From contig CAVTBU010000006.1 of assembly GCA_963733035.1 (NCBI GenBank), positions 928,001-992,000 on the forward strand: a stretch of 64,000 nucleotides of DNA, given 5' to 3'. Position 1 is the first letter of the stretch. Each line of letters starts with the position of its first letter. This stretch comes from Pirellulales bacterium. Its GTDB lineage: Bacteria > Planctomycetota > Planctomycetia > Pirellulales > PALSA-1355. This document shows positions 51,768-61,880 of this stretch, piece by piece. The position numbers were made by a program, and so were the translations under genes. Below the pieces are notes generated by a model. That model saw nothing but the letters and a program-made list of their open reading frames with translations. It was not told the origin of the DNA and did no database searches.

Positions 51768-54173
51768 CTAGCCGCCGCGAACCACGAGAATGTCGAGGTT
51801 TCGGGGGTGGCGGGGATCGATGGGGACTTTGATGGCGAACAGGCCGCCGGGGTGCTCGTCGGTGGGGGGCAACTTGAGTTCGGTCTGGCGGCTGGCGGCA
51901 AACTCGGCAAGCCAATTCGAGGCGCCTTGATCTGGCTGCCAGGCGAAGTCGCGGCCCGACTCGGGATGGAAAGCCGCCATCACGCTGCCGGTGCGATCGG
52001 CCAGCAGCACGCTGCCGGCGGCGGTGTCGCGGGCCCATTCGGTGAGGAGATAGTCGATGTCGATTTCCAGGCTGACGGCGCCAAACAGTTCGCCGCTCGC
52101 CGCGTCGTAAATTGGCACCGCCAAATGTAGAGTTAGCGGTTGTACCTCGGCGTCTTGCGGCACCCTCGCCGAGTTTGGGTTGGGGGCCTTCAATTCCGAA
52201 ATGGCCACGTCGCCCACGTTGAGCGAAGCCACGCTGCTTGCCGGAGAGTCGGCCGCCAGATCGATCCTCCGCGCGGAGCGAACCGCCTCGACGGAAGTTC
52301 GATCGAAGCGATTTCGTTCGACCCGCACAATCTCCTTCGCCTCGTCGCCGAGCGAACTGTAGGCGATCTGGAGGTATTGTGGGTTGGCTCGCAGCAGGCC
52401 CAGGTAAATGGTCTCCAAGCGGTCGCGCCAGGTTGCTTCGTCGTCTTGTTCGCCACTGTCGGGCTGTCGCGCGCGGATGATGCCTTGAATTGGCGGGATG
52501 CGCGACATGAAGCGGACGTTTTGGCGCCCGCTGTCGACCGCCGCTGCCAGATTGACGCTTAATCCCTTGCCGTCGAGGTAGAGCGCTTCCATGCGGGCTT
52601 GCTCGGCGGCGACGCGGCGCTCGTTGGCCGCATAGCCGAGAAACACGAGCGGAATCATGACGGCGGCAAGGACGGTGGCGGCCAAGACCGACAGCCCGCG
52701 GTGCTTGCGCAGCAACCGCGTCAGCTGCCTGGCGCCGGGCTCGCGATAGGCCGACACGGGTTCGCCGGCCATCCACAATTGAATTTCTTCGGCCAGGTCG
52801 GACGCCGACGCATAGCGGGCCGCCGGCGCCGACGCCATGGCCTTGGCGCAGATGGCGTCGAGCGGGGCCGGAACGTCCGGCACGGTATCGCGACAACGCG
52901 GCGTCGGGTTGTCGACGATGGCGGCGTATAGCTCGGCCCCCCGCGCGCTGCGCATGGAACCGGCTTGCGACGCCTCGTGCGGCGCGTAGCCCGTGAGAAT
53001 CGCGAACAGGGTTGCGCCGAGTCCATAGACGTCGGTTCGTTCGTCCATGCACTCGACTCGACCGGCGGCTTGCTCGGGCGACATGTAATGGGGCGTGCCG
53101 AGTACCTGGCCGACCATGGTTTGTTCGACGGTCGACCCGCCCGACAGCGTGCCCGGCGCGCTATCCTGCCAGTCGCCGTCGTCGGTGCGCTTGGCGAGTC
53201 CCCAGTCGAGCACGATCACCTGGCCGAAATTGCCGAGCGCCACGTTTTCGGGCTTCAGATCGCGGTGCAGCACGCCGCGCGAGTGGGCGAAAGCAACCGC
53301 CTGGCAAACCGAGAGAAACGCGCCCAGCAGTCGGTGCAGCTCGACGGCGTCGGCCAGGCCCTCGGCGCGGCGCGTGTGATAGTCGGCGATGGCGTCGGAG
53401 AGCGTTTTCTTGCCGACGAACCGCATCACGTAAAACGGGTGATGGCTGGTCGTGTCTTCGCCGGCCTGATAGACGGGCACGATGTTGGGGTGTTCGAGCT
53501 GGCCGGTGATTTCAGCCTCGCGCCGAAAACGGGCCAGCGCCACTTCGGAGGCGGCGCCGCGCTCGTTGACCTCCTTGATCGCCACCAGCCGCTTGAGCGA
53601 CTGGTCGCGCGCCAGCCAGACGCTGCCCAGGCCGCCGATACCCAGCCGACGCACGATCGCGTATTCGACCATTGCCGTGCGCGGGGCTTCCTGGTCGGCG
53701 GATTCGTTAGCGGTTGCGATGCCCAGCATCCGGCAGATCTGTTCCCACCCGTCGGCGCCAGCCAGAAAGCGCAGCCGCGCGCGCAAGTCGCCGTCGGGCT
53801 GGGCTTCGCACTCGGCCAGCAGTTCGAGCGCGTCCCGCTCCAGCTTCGCTCGATTGTCGGTCGTGATCACGCCTTGACCGACGAGATGCTCAGCCAGCGA
53901 GCGATGACCGTGAATGGTCCAGTTGCCCAAAGCGCGGGCAACTTGTCGCGAGTTCACCTCGCCCGACTGCATCGTCGCCATGGCGAACAGAATATCGCGT
54001 TCCACTTTCCCGGAGCGCTGGAGCGCCGCATCGAAGGCAACCGTGGCGTCGAAACTTGCGCTGCTCGCGTTGCGCGGTGCGCGATGGTCGGGCTGCCGCG
54101 GGAAATCGGACGTGGTTTCGGTGCCTTCCGCCTTGGTTTTGGCGGACGAAGGGGACTGCGATTCTTGCTTCAT
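51768..54173 (-). CDS. Hanks-type Ser/Thr protein kinase with TM and C-terminal Cache-like sensor
   Basis: GIGGLG.V, VAIK, HRDLKPEN, DWGLAK, GTPHYMSPEQ; TM; FMSRIPPIQGII..YLQIAY..EIVRVER. Confidence 0.92.
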   Translation of the reverse strand: MKQESQSPSSAKTKAEGTETTSDFPRQPDHRAPRNASSASFDATVAFDAALQRSGKVERDILFAMATMQSGEVNSRQVARALGNWTIHGHRSLAEHLVGQGVITTDNRAKLERDALELLAECEAQPDGDLRARLRFLAGADGWEQICRMLGIATANESADQEAPRTAMVEYAIVRRLGIGGLGSVWLARDQSLKRLVAIKEVNERGAASEVALARFRREAEITGQLEHPNIVPVYQAGEDTTSHHPFYVMRFVGKKTLSDAIADYHTRRAEGLADAVELHRLLGAFLSVCQAVAFAHSRGVLHRDLKPENVALGNFGQVIVLDWGLAKRTDDGDWQDSAPGTLSGGSTVEQTMVGQVLGTPHYMSPEQAAGRVECMDERTDVYGLGATLFAILTGYAPHEASQAGSMRSARGAELYAAIVDNPTPRCRDTVPDVPAPLDAICAKAMASAPAARYASASDLAEEIQLWMAGEPVSAYREPGARQLTRLLRKHRGLSVLAATVLAAVMIPLVFLGYAANERRVAAEQARMEALYLDGKGLSVNLAAAVDSGRQNVRFMSRIPPIQGIIRARQPDSGEQDDEATWRDRLETIYLGLLRANPQYLQIAYSSLGDEAKEIVRVERNRFDRTSVEAVRSARRIDLAADSPASSVASLNVGDVAISELKAPNPNSARVPQDAEVQPLTLHLAVPIYDAASGELFGAVSLEIDIDYLLTEWARDTAAGSVLLADRTGSVMAAFHPESGRDFAWQPDQGASNWLAEFAASRQTELKLPPTDEHPGGLFAIKVPIDPRHPRNLDILVVRGG

Positions 54174-54406
54174 GGTGGAGCCAAAGAGCTTAGCGCCCGA
54201 GTTGCCTATAGAAAACAGTAGCACAGGGACGTGGTGGACCGGGGGACGATGGTGTCAGTCATTTTGATCATTCTGGCGATTAAAAGCGAATCGGCCGCGG
54301 TACGGCCGATGGGCGGGGCGAGTTGGCTGCCATAAGCCATTTTAGTGGCATGCGTTAGCGTGCTTACGTCGCGACCGCCCGACGACGCGCTGCGAGCGTC
54401 GCGATG

Positions 54407-54540
54407 GGGGTGCATTTGGGTCGTTTTTCCAGAAGGATTCCGACTGGCCGGGCTGGCTCAGGTACAGGGCGCGGAGGTGGCAGACGGCATCGGAGCCATC
54501 TTCGCCCCAGCGCATGCCGCTTCCCTTGAGGCGATTGGCA
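54407..54540 (-). mobile_element. ISKra4-family transposase C-terminal relic with probable IS end
   Basis: Translates NRLKGSGMRWGEDGSDAVCHLRALYLSQPGQSESFW, followed by aaatgcacccc. Confidence 0.7.
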
Positions 54541-54763
54541 GCGCCTCACCCCGAATCGGCCGGTCCATCGTGATGCCTCCACGGCACGGAAAACAGGTAA
54601 CGCCTACTCGACAGCTTATCAACCGCCACGATTTTCCACCCACAATTCAGATGCGCCCACCCGTCAATTAGCGCGGTGGTTTTATCGCTTGCCAGTTCTG
54701 TAACCTCCGCCGAGAATAGACGGTCTTGGGCACCCGGGCTTGAAGCAAACTTGGCAAAGCAGC

Positions 54764-55675
54764 GTGTACGTCGAAACGCATTCACTCACCAAGCGGTATG
54801 GAGATTTTACCGCGCTCGATGATTTTAGCTTTGGCGTTGCCCGGGGCGAAGTCGTCGGCCTGCTCGGCCCCAACGGTGCCGGCAAAACCACCTTGCTGCG
54901 ACTACTGATGGGCTTTCTTCAGCCCACGGCGGGCCGCGCCACCATTGATGGACTTGACTGCTATCGTTGTTCGTACGACGTGCACAAGCGCGTCTCGTAT
55001 TTGCCGGGAGAGGCCCGGCTGTTTCGCACGATGTGCGCCCGCGAAGTGATCGACTTTTTCACGGCCATTCGGCGAGATGGCAGCCGGCCGGCGGCCGAAG
55101 CCTTGGCTCGCGACCGTTTTGGGCTCGATCTGACGCGGCCCGTGGCGTCGATGTCGACCGGTATGCGGCAAAAGCTCGCCCTGGCGGTAACCTTGGCCGT
55201 GGCGACGCCGCTGGTTATTCTCGACGAGCCCACCTCAAACCTCGACCCGACCGTGCGCGCCGACGTGGCCGCGCTGGTGGCAGAGGCCAAGGCGTCCGGC
55301 CGCACCGTCATCTTTTCCTCGCACGTCATTTCCGAGGTGGAGCAGGTGTGCGATCGTGCGATCATCCTGCGAGGCGGGAAGCTGGTGCACACCCAGGTCG
55401 TTTCAGAGTTGACGCGCAAACATCGCATTCGAGCACAACTCACCGGCTCGCTGCCACCGGTACCCGAGAGCTTCAACGGCCACGTCAACCTCACGACGAC
55501 TTCCGCCGGCGAGTTGCTGATCGAAACGCCAGGCGAGCTCTCCGGACTATTGGGATGGCTGGCGACGTTGCCGCTCTCCGAAGTGCGCATCGAACCGCTG
55601 GGACTGAACGCCGTGTACGATCAATATCATCCCTTCGAGAATGCGCAGTCGCCCGTAACGCCGCACCAGCAATGA
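54764..55675 (+). CDS. ABC-2 type transporter ATP-binding protein
   Basis: GPNGAGKTT, MSTGMRQK, ILDEPT, SSH. Confidence 0.95.
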   Translation: MYVETHSLTKRYGDFTALDDFSFGVARGEVVGLLGPNGAGKTTLLRLLMGFLQPTAGRATIDGLDCYRCSYDVHKRVSYLPGEARLFRTMCAREVIDFFTAIRRDGSRPAAEALARDRFGLDLTRPVASMSTGMRQKLALAVTLAVATPLVILDEPTSNLDPTVRADVAALVAEAKASGRTVIFSSHVISEVEQVCDRAIILRGGKLVHTQVVSELTRKHRIRAQLTGSLPPVPESFNGHVNLTTTSAGELLIETPGELSGLLGWLATLPLSEVRIEPLGLNAVYDQYHPFENAQSPVTPHQQ

Positions 55676-56529
55676 ACCTCGCGCTTTGGAAAAAGACGAT
55701 CAGCGAATCTCGCTGGCTGCTGTTGGGTGGCCTGGCGTTCATGTTCGTGGTGCAGTGGCTGCGGGTGTGGATCGCCAGTTTCTTCTCGACCACCGCCATG
55801 GAAGGCATCTTCAGCTTCATGCCCATGGAAGTCGAGGGACTGCTGCCGGTGTCTTACACGCAGATGGCGAGCACGTCCGGCCGGATCGCCGTCGGCTACG
55901 ATGATCCCATCGTGCTGCTGCTGGTTACGGTGTGGGCGTTTTCGCGCGGATCCGATGCCGTCAGCGGTGAACTCAACCGCGGCACGATGGAAATGGTGCT
56001 CGCCCAGCCCGTCACGCGGCTCGGCGTGCTCAGTTCGCAGGCGATCGTCACGCTTGTCGGCGCGGCCTTGCTGGCGGGCATCGCGCTGTTCGGCACGTTC
56101 GTGGGATTGCTCACGGTGACACTGGACCATCCGACCGAGACGCGCGTCTTCGTGCCCGCGGCGCTGAATCTGTTTGCCGTCACGGTTTTCCTGGCGGGAC
56201 TCAGCACGATGGTTTCTTCGGGCACGAACTACCGCGCGCGTACGATCGGGATCGTGGGTGGCGTGTATGCCGTGTCGATGGTGATGAAGATCGTCGGTCG
56301 CGTCGTACCCAACTGGCAGTGGCTTACGTATTTGTCATTTTTCACTCCGTTCGAACCGCAATTACTCGTCGGCGACCGTTCCAAAGCCTGGGCCTTGTGG
56401 GTGCCGGCCGGCGATTCGTTCGCGCTGGGTGGCGTCGGATATGACAGCGTCCTGATCGGTCTGGGGTTGGCGTTCTACGTCGTCGCCGCCGTTGCCTTCT
56501 GTCGCCGCGACCTGCCGGCTCCGCTCTGA
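55672..56529 (+). CDS. ABC-2 type transporter permease
   Basis: ATGA overlap; GELNRGTMEMVLAQPVTR; ends F.RRDLPAPL. Confidence 0.9.
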   Translation: MNLALWKKTISESRWLLLGGLAFMFVVQWLRVWIASFFSTTAMEGIFSFMPMEVEGLLPVSYTQMASTSGRIAVGYDDPIVLLLVTVWAFSRGSDAVSGELNRGTMEMVLAQPVTRLGVLSSQAIVTLVGAALLAGIALFGTFVGLLTVTLDHPTETRVFVPAALNLFAVTVFLAGLSTMVSSGTNYRARTIGIVGGVYAVSMVMKIVGRVVPNWQWLTYLSFFTPFEPQLLVGDRSKAWALWVPAGDSFALGGVGYDSVLIGLGLAFYVVAAVAFCRRDLPAPL

Positions 56530-56715
56530 AATGGGCCTTTTTGGTAGCCCAGGCGCCGGATTTGCAAGCATTTGTCGATGTTATTGCGAATGGTTGTTTG
56601 GCGACCACGCGGCGCTAGTTGCATGGCCTGAATTCGCATGGCGTCGATCGGCCCTTGCCGTCATAATGCTGCCGCTTTTGGCCCGATAGTTCGTTGTGTT
56701 CAGAAAGGAGCAGTC

Positions 56716-58311
56716 ATGCTTCGCCCTGGTATTCGGCGTTGGTCCTGGTGTGCGATTGTGGCCTGTAGCGCGCTGGTGTTTCCTGCCGGCACCGCGGTCG
56801 GCGACGAAGAAGCGGCTCCCGCGGAGAACGGCGTTCAACTGCTGCACCAGGCGATGGAGGTGAAACTCTCGGCCGAGAACCTTACTGATCTCAATCGGGT
56901 AATCAAGCTTTCCCAGGAAGCCATTGATGCCGGACTCCCCGAGGCCGACGTGACGTTTGCCGAGGAGCTGCTGGCCAGCACGCTTTCGCAGCGAGCCGAA
57001 CTGGTTTGCCACGAACTGTTTGAAACTCCCATCACTCCCGGCCGCGGCCAGGCGCTATTGCGGATGGCACTCTCGGATTTGGAGAAGACGACAGCGCTCA
57101 ACTCTGAGCAGCCCGAGGCCCAGTTTCTACTTGGCCGGCTGTACGCCCACCTCGGACAAACCGACAAGGCACTAGCTGCCCTCGATACGGCCGTCCGGCT
57201 GGCAGCGGACGACCCGGCCGCCAAGAGCAAGGCGTTGATGATTCGCGCCAACCTCAAAACCGATCCGAATCAGCGCCAGGCTGATTTTGACGAAGCCGTG
57301 AAGCTGACGCCGACCGAGCCCGACGCACTTCGCTTTCGTGGCATGAACTATCTCACGCAAAACAATCTCGAGTTGGCCATTGCCGATTTCAACGCGGCAA
57401 TCCAACTCGACCCGGACGATGCCGAAACCTACGAAGCCCGCGGCATGGCCGAAGCCGCCAGCGAGAAGCTCGACGAATCGCTGGCCAGCTTCACCAAGGC
57501 CATCGAACTGGAGCCCAATTCGCCCGCCGCCTTGACACACCGCGCTCGGATTCGGGCCATGAAGGGTGACGTACCGGGCGCGCTGGCCGACGTGGAACAG
57601 GCCATGAAGCTGCGGCCCGGTTCGCAGGCCCTGTTGCTGCATGCCAGCCTGCTGGCCGCCAGCGGCAAGTTCGAACAAGCCCTGGGCGAACTGAACGTAC
57701 TCAGGCAAGTGATGCCCGACAGCCCGGACGTGCTGCTGCAAGTCGCGGCCGTGCACCAGGCCTCGCGGCAACCGGAAAAAGCAATTGAAACGTACAGTCA
57801 TCTGCTAGGCGTCGATCCGCAGAACGTCGCGGCGCTGCGGGGTCGGGCCGACGCCTATCTCAATCAAGGTCAACAGGCCGAGGCCATTTCCGACTATGAA
57901 GCAGCTCTCAAGGCCGACGCCCACAATAGCGGCGTGCTCAACAACTTGGCCTGGGTACTAGCCACCTCGCCCAACGACGAACTGCGCGACGGCAAGCGGG
58001 CCGTCGAATTGGCCGACGAGGCCTGCAAAGTGACGGACTACAAGCAGGCCCACATCCTCAGCACGTTGGCGGCCAGCTATGCCGAAACAGGCGACTGGGA
58101 AAAGGCCGTCAATTGGTCGCAGAAAGCCGTCGAGCTAGGAAGCGATCCGATGAAAGCGCAACTCGCCAAGGAACTCGAAAGCTACCAGCAGCAAAAGCCT
58201 TGGCGCGAAGCGGCTCCGCCCGACGCACCAGCCGTCGACGCAACCGCCCAACCCGAGTCCAGTGCCGCTCCCTCGCAAGACGAAACGGCTCGCGCGAAGC
58301 GGGGAACCTGA
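56716..58311 (+). CDS. Secreted tetratricopeptide repeat protein
   Basis: AAGGAG RBS; signal peptide; many TPRs; NNLAWVLAT..RDG..A..LA.AC C-terminal motif. Confidence 0.9.
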   Translation: MLRPGIRRWSWCAIVACSALVFPAGTAVGDEEAAPAENGVQLLHQAMEVKLSAENLTDLNRVIKLSQEAIDAGLPEADVTFAEELLASTLSQRAELVCHELFETPITPGRGQALLRMALSDLEKTTALNSEQPEAQFLLGRLYAHLGQTDKALAALDTAVRLAADDPAAKSKALMIRANLKTDPNQRQADFDEAVKLTPTEPDALRFRGMNYLTQNNLELAIADFNAAIQLDPDDAETYEARGMAEAASEKLDESLASFTKAIELEPNSPAALTHRARIRAMKGDVPGALADVEQAMKLRPGSQALLLHASLLAASGKFEQALGELNVLRQVMPDSPDVLLQVAAVHQASRQPEKAIETYSHLLGVDPQNVAALRGRADAYLNQGQQAEAISDYEAALKADAHNSGVLNNLAWVLATSPNDELRDGKRAVELADEACKVTDYKQAHILSTLAASYAETGDWEKAVNWSQKAVELGSDPMKAQLAKELESYQQQKPWREAAPPDAPAVDATAQPESSAAPSQDETARAKRGT

Positions 58312-58313
58312 TT

Positions 58314-58883
58314 GTGGACCGTGAGGCGGCCTGGCAACTCGTCTGCCAATACACCTCCAGCGACAGCCTGCGCAAGCACATGCTGGCGGTCGAAGCCGCG
58401 ATGCGGGCTTATGCTCGGCACTACGGTGAAGACGAAGCCACCTGGGGCATCGTGGGGCTACTTCACGATTTTGACTACGAGCGATGGCCCGATCCGCCAG
58501 ATCATCCGCTCCAAGGCGCCGCCATTCTGACCGAACGAGGTTATCCCGAGCACGTGATCTACGCCATCAAGTCACACGCCGACTACCTGCCCGACTGTCC
58601 CCGCGTGTCGCGGCTGGACAAGGCCCTCTATGCGTGCGATGAACTGGCCGGCTTTATCACGGCATGCGCGAAGGTGCGTCCCGAGGGCATCCGGGGCATG
58701 AAAACCAGCAGCGTGAAAAAGAAACTCAAGGCCAAAGCCTTCGCCGCGGCGATCAATCGTGACGACATCACCCGGGGCGCCGCCGATCTGGGCGTTGAGC
58801 TCGACGCACATATTCAGTTTGTCATCGACGCCCTGGCCGACCAGGCTGAATCGCTCGATTTGCTGTCAAACAATGGCAGCTAG
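58314..58883 (+). CDS. HD-domain metal-dependent hydrolase
   Basis: LRKHMLAVE, GLLHDFDYE, ACDELAGF, FAA.INRDDI. Confidence 0.9.
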   Translation: MDREAAWQLVCQYTSSDSLRKHMLAVEAAMRAYARHYGEDEATWGIVGLLHDFDYERWPDPPDHPLQGAAILTERGYPEHVIYAIKSHADYLPDCPRVSRLDKALYACDELAGFITACAKVRPEGIRGMKTSSVKKKLKAKAFAAAINRDDITRGAADLGVELDAHIQFVIDALADQAESLDLLSNNGS

Positions 58884-58943
58884 AGCCGTCGCTTGTTTAG
58901 CTGGGAGGCATCGCCGACCGCGCATCGGTCCGGTGGCCCCGTA

Positions 58944-59249
58944 CTATTCGGCCACCTTCTTGCCCGCTTCGGCCGATTCCTTGTTGCCGGTGATGACTTC
59001 GATTCTGCCGTCCGCCGCCACGGTAATTTGCTTGCCCTGCTTCATGAGCGAGCCCAAATACTGAATCGTCGCGGGCGTGATCTTGAACTGCGACGGAGCC
59101 CCTATCAACCCGCGCTTCGGCTCGACCTTCTCGAATTTCAACCCGGCAAGTCCGCTCTGAACGATGGCTTGAGTTTCGGAAATGTACATGGCGGCGCTAG
59201 CCAGGCTGGCGGTGCCAAGCACCGTGGCGATACAGAAAATTCGCTTCAT
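58944..59249 (-). CDS. Small secreted hypothetical protein
   Basis: MKRIFCIATVLGTASLASA signal peptide. Confidence 0.6.
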   Translation of the reverse strand: MKRIFCIATVLGTASLASAAMYISETQAIVQSGLAGLKFEKVEPKRGLIGAPSQFKITPATIQYLGSLMKQGKQITVAADGRIEVITGNKESAEAGKKVAE

Positions 59250-59400
59250 GGCTAAACCCCTGGAGGCAAGGATTGTCTCGACCACAACGCCAATCTAGCA
59301 CACCGCGAACCGCTTGCGATGACTGCCGCAAAAGGGCACCGGCCACGGCGATGCGGCTTGGCCCGCGCGGCGGAAACCGCGACAGCGTTCGAAAGAAAGG

Positions 59401-59805
59401 CTACAGCGCCCGCTCTTCGGCAACGCGATAGACCCGCCGGATGATCGCCCAGAAAAACGGGAGGTAGGCGATATCACTAAAAATGAGCACCACGAAAAAG
59501 ATCGGCGGCATCTTGCCGAGCAGGACATAGCCGGTGCCCAGCATCGAGCCCAGCAGCTTGCTCAAGAAGCCCAGCAACAGCAGATTGCGGTTCTGGATCG
59601 GGCGAAAGGCGACCATCAGGTAACCCGCGCCGAACAGCGCCACGAGAATGCCGACCAGTTGCACGTACATGATCAAGTTGGGCTTTGGCAGCCCAAAGAA
59701 CTTGAACATCTCATGATAAAAGACCGTCAGATTGATGCCGACCAGCAGGTTGTAGCAGCCGGCAAAGCAAAGCAGCTTGCGCATCCACGGCTTGAGCGGA
59801 TCCAT
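59401..59805 (-). CDS. 4-TM membrane protein
   Basis: AGCYNL, Q.VG..V..FG.GY, GFLSK.LG, D..LP.F. Confidence 0.75.
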   Translation of the reverse strand: MDPLKPWMRKLLCFAGCYNLLVGINLTVFYHEMFKFFGLPKPNLIMYVQLVGILVALFGAGYLMVAFRPIQNRNLLLLGFLSKLLGSMLGTGYVLLGKMPPIFFVVLIFSDIAYLPFFWAIIRRVYRVAEERAL

Positions 59806-59846
59806 GAGAATTCCCTTTCTCGATCCAATTTGGCAGCAGCGTCTGC

Positions 59847-61583
59847 CTAGACGCCGGCTTCCTGGGCGGCGTATTTTTCCGTCCAGTTCACCAGGTCGTC
59901 ACGTCCTTTGCGATCGCAGAAGTCGCCCAGCGTTTCGCCGTCTTGGCGGTCCTGCTTGAAGTAAGCCAACAGCGGCACGATCGTACGCACCACCTCGTCG
60001 GCGGGCACCATGTCCTTGAAGTTGAAATTCAGGCGATCACCAAGCAAGCGGCCGCCAACGAAGACCGTGTACTTGCCCGCCGCCTTGCCAACCAGACCGA
60101 TATCGCAGTTGTACGGCCGCGCACAACCGTTCGGGCAGCCTGTCATCCGCAGTGTAAAGGTTTCGTTCGAGAGCCCCAGCTTGGCCAGTTCGACTTCGAG
60201 TTGATCGATCAACCCCGGCAGTGCCCGCTCGCTCTCGGTGATTGCCAAACCACACGTTGGCCAGGCAACGCAGGCCATCGACCAGCGGCGGATGTTCGAA
60301 ATCTCTTCGCTCAACTTGACGCCGTGGTCGCGGAGAATGTTTTCCAGGGTGGCGCGATCGCCCGGATCGACGTCGGTAAACAGAATGCTCTGATGAGCCG
60401 TCAGGCGAATGCCCGGCTTAATCGTTGTACAGATTTTTCGCAGCGCGGTTTTGAGACGGAAGTCATCGACGTCGTGAATGCGGCCATTCTCGACATTCAA
60501 GCCGTAGAACAACTTCCCGTCGCCCTGCTCGTGCCAGCCGATATGATCGTCGAAGCCACATACGTCGTCCGGATGCGGTTCGGTGAGCGGCTGGCCATAG
60601 TACTCCTCGACCTTGGCCTTGAACGCCGGCAACCCCCAGTTGTTGATCAGGTACTTGAGCCGGGCCACTTTGCGATCCGAACGGTTTCCGAAATCGCGCT
60701 GCACCTTGACAATGGCCGTCGCCACGTCGATCGCCTGCTCGGGCCGAATGTACGCCATCCGTTTGGCGACCGCCGGAAACGTCTTTTCGGCGCTAGGTGT
60801 GACGCCCATTCCGCCGCCCACCAGCACATTGTAGCCGCTGATTTTGCCGTCCTCGATGACCGCCATCAGCCCCAAATCGTTCGCGTACAGATCGACGCAA
60901 TTGTCGCCGGCTAGTCCAACGGCGGTCTTGAACTTCCGCGGCAAGTAGGTTGGGCCATAAATCGGTTCCACCTCGTGACCGTCGCTGCCGCCACCGGCCA
61001 GCGTCTCTTCTCCGCTCTGGGGATCGGTAAGCCACAACTCGTGATAGGCCGTCGTCCGTGGACAAAGGTGCGCGGCCAGATCGTCGGCGAGCTGCTGCAA
61101 TTGTTGGCGAATCGAATCGCAGAGCGGCGCGGGGCAACACATAACGTTGCGTTCCACATCGCCGCAAGCGGCCAGCGTCGAAAGCTGAATCTCGTTGATC
61201 CGACAGATCGTCTTCTGAAGATCGCTCTTCACGACACCATGCAGTTGCAGGCCCTGCCGACTCGTGACCCGCAGCGTCGTATTGCCCACCTCGTCGCACA
61301 GATCGATTTCGGCGAGAAGCTGAGCGCTCGTGAGTTTGCCCCCCGGAATCTTGGTGCGAACCATGAACGAGTAATGTTTGCTGCTCTTCGCACCGTCCTT
61401 TCGTCCGGCGGCCCGCGCATCGCGATCGTCTTGCTGGTAGGTACCGTGATGTTTTAGTAGCTGAATGCTGCTCTTGCCGAAATTGTCGTTCCCATCGCGC
61501 AATTCCTGGGCGATCTCGCCGCGCAGGTAATTGCTCTCGCTCTTGAACGTTTCCACAGGGCTGAGTTTCTTTTCGTCGGACAT
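59847..61583 (-). CDS. cysI: Assimilatory sulfite reductase hemoprotein (siroheme/4Fe-4S)
   Basis: HGTYQQDDRD, TSRQGLQLHG, YLPRKFK, ARLKY, MACVAWPTCGLA..MTGCPNGCARP. Confidence 0.93.
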   Translation of the reverse strand: MSDEKKLSPVETFKSESNYLRGEIAQELRDGNDNFGKSSIQLLKHHGTYQQDDRDARAAGRKDGAKSSKHYSFMVRTKIPGGKLTSAQLLAEIDLCDEVGNTTLRVTSRQGLQLHGVVKSDLQKTICRINEIQLSTLAACGDVERNVMCCPAPLCDSIRQQLQQLADDLAAHLCPRTTAYHELWLTDPQSGEETLAGGGSDGHEVEPIYGPTYLPRKFKTAVGLAGDNCVDLYANDLGLMAVIEDGKISGYNVLVGGGMGVTPSAEKTFPAVAKRMAYIRPEQAIDVATAIVKVQRDFGNRSDRKVARLKYLINNWGLPAFKAKVEEYYGQPLTEPHPDDVCGFDDHIGWHEQGDGKLFYGLNVENGRIHDVDDFRLKTALRKICTTIKPGIRLTAHQSILFTDVDPGDRATLENILRDHGVKLSEEISNIRRWSMACVAWPTCGLAITESERALPGLIDQLEVELAKLGLSNETFTLRMTGCPNGCARPYNCDIGLVGKAAGKYTVFVGGRLLGDRLNFNFKDMVPADEVVRTIVPLLAYFKQDRQDGETLGDFCDRKGRDDLVNWTEKYAAQEAGV

Positions 61584-61679
61584 GGCGTGATCGGCGGCTG
61601 CGGGAGAGAGGGTAGGTGCGCCCCTGGGGCGCGGCGGTCAACTGCGCTATCTATGCAATCGTCATCATGATAAGCATCA

Positions 61680-61722
61680 TTGTAATATTTATCCGGTTCG
61701 GCGGTCAAAAAGTCAACTGACT
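61680..61722 (-). promoter_or_regulatory. Sigma70-type promoter of the sulfite reductase gene with adjacent palindrome
   Basis: Minus strand TTGACC-18 nt-TACAAT; AGTCAgtTGACT just upstream. Confidence 0.55.
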
Positions 61723-61880
61723 ATAGCCACCGAGGCTGTTTTGGACCATGTCGTTTCGGCCCGTGTCTGCCCAATGAGAAGCCCCGGATGCGACAGTAAA
61801 CCAGGGGTCCGCAGGGGATTGGTCTCACGGCATCCAGTGGGCTAGAATGCGTCCTCCCGCCGCGTTTCGAAAGCCAAAGG

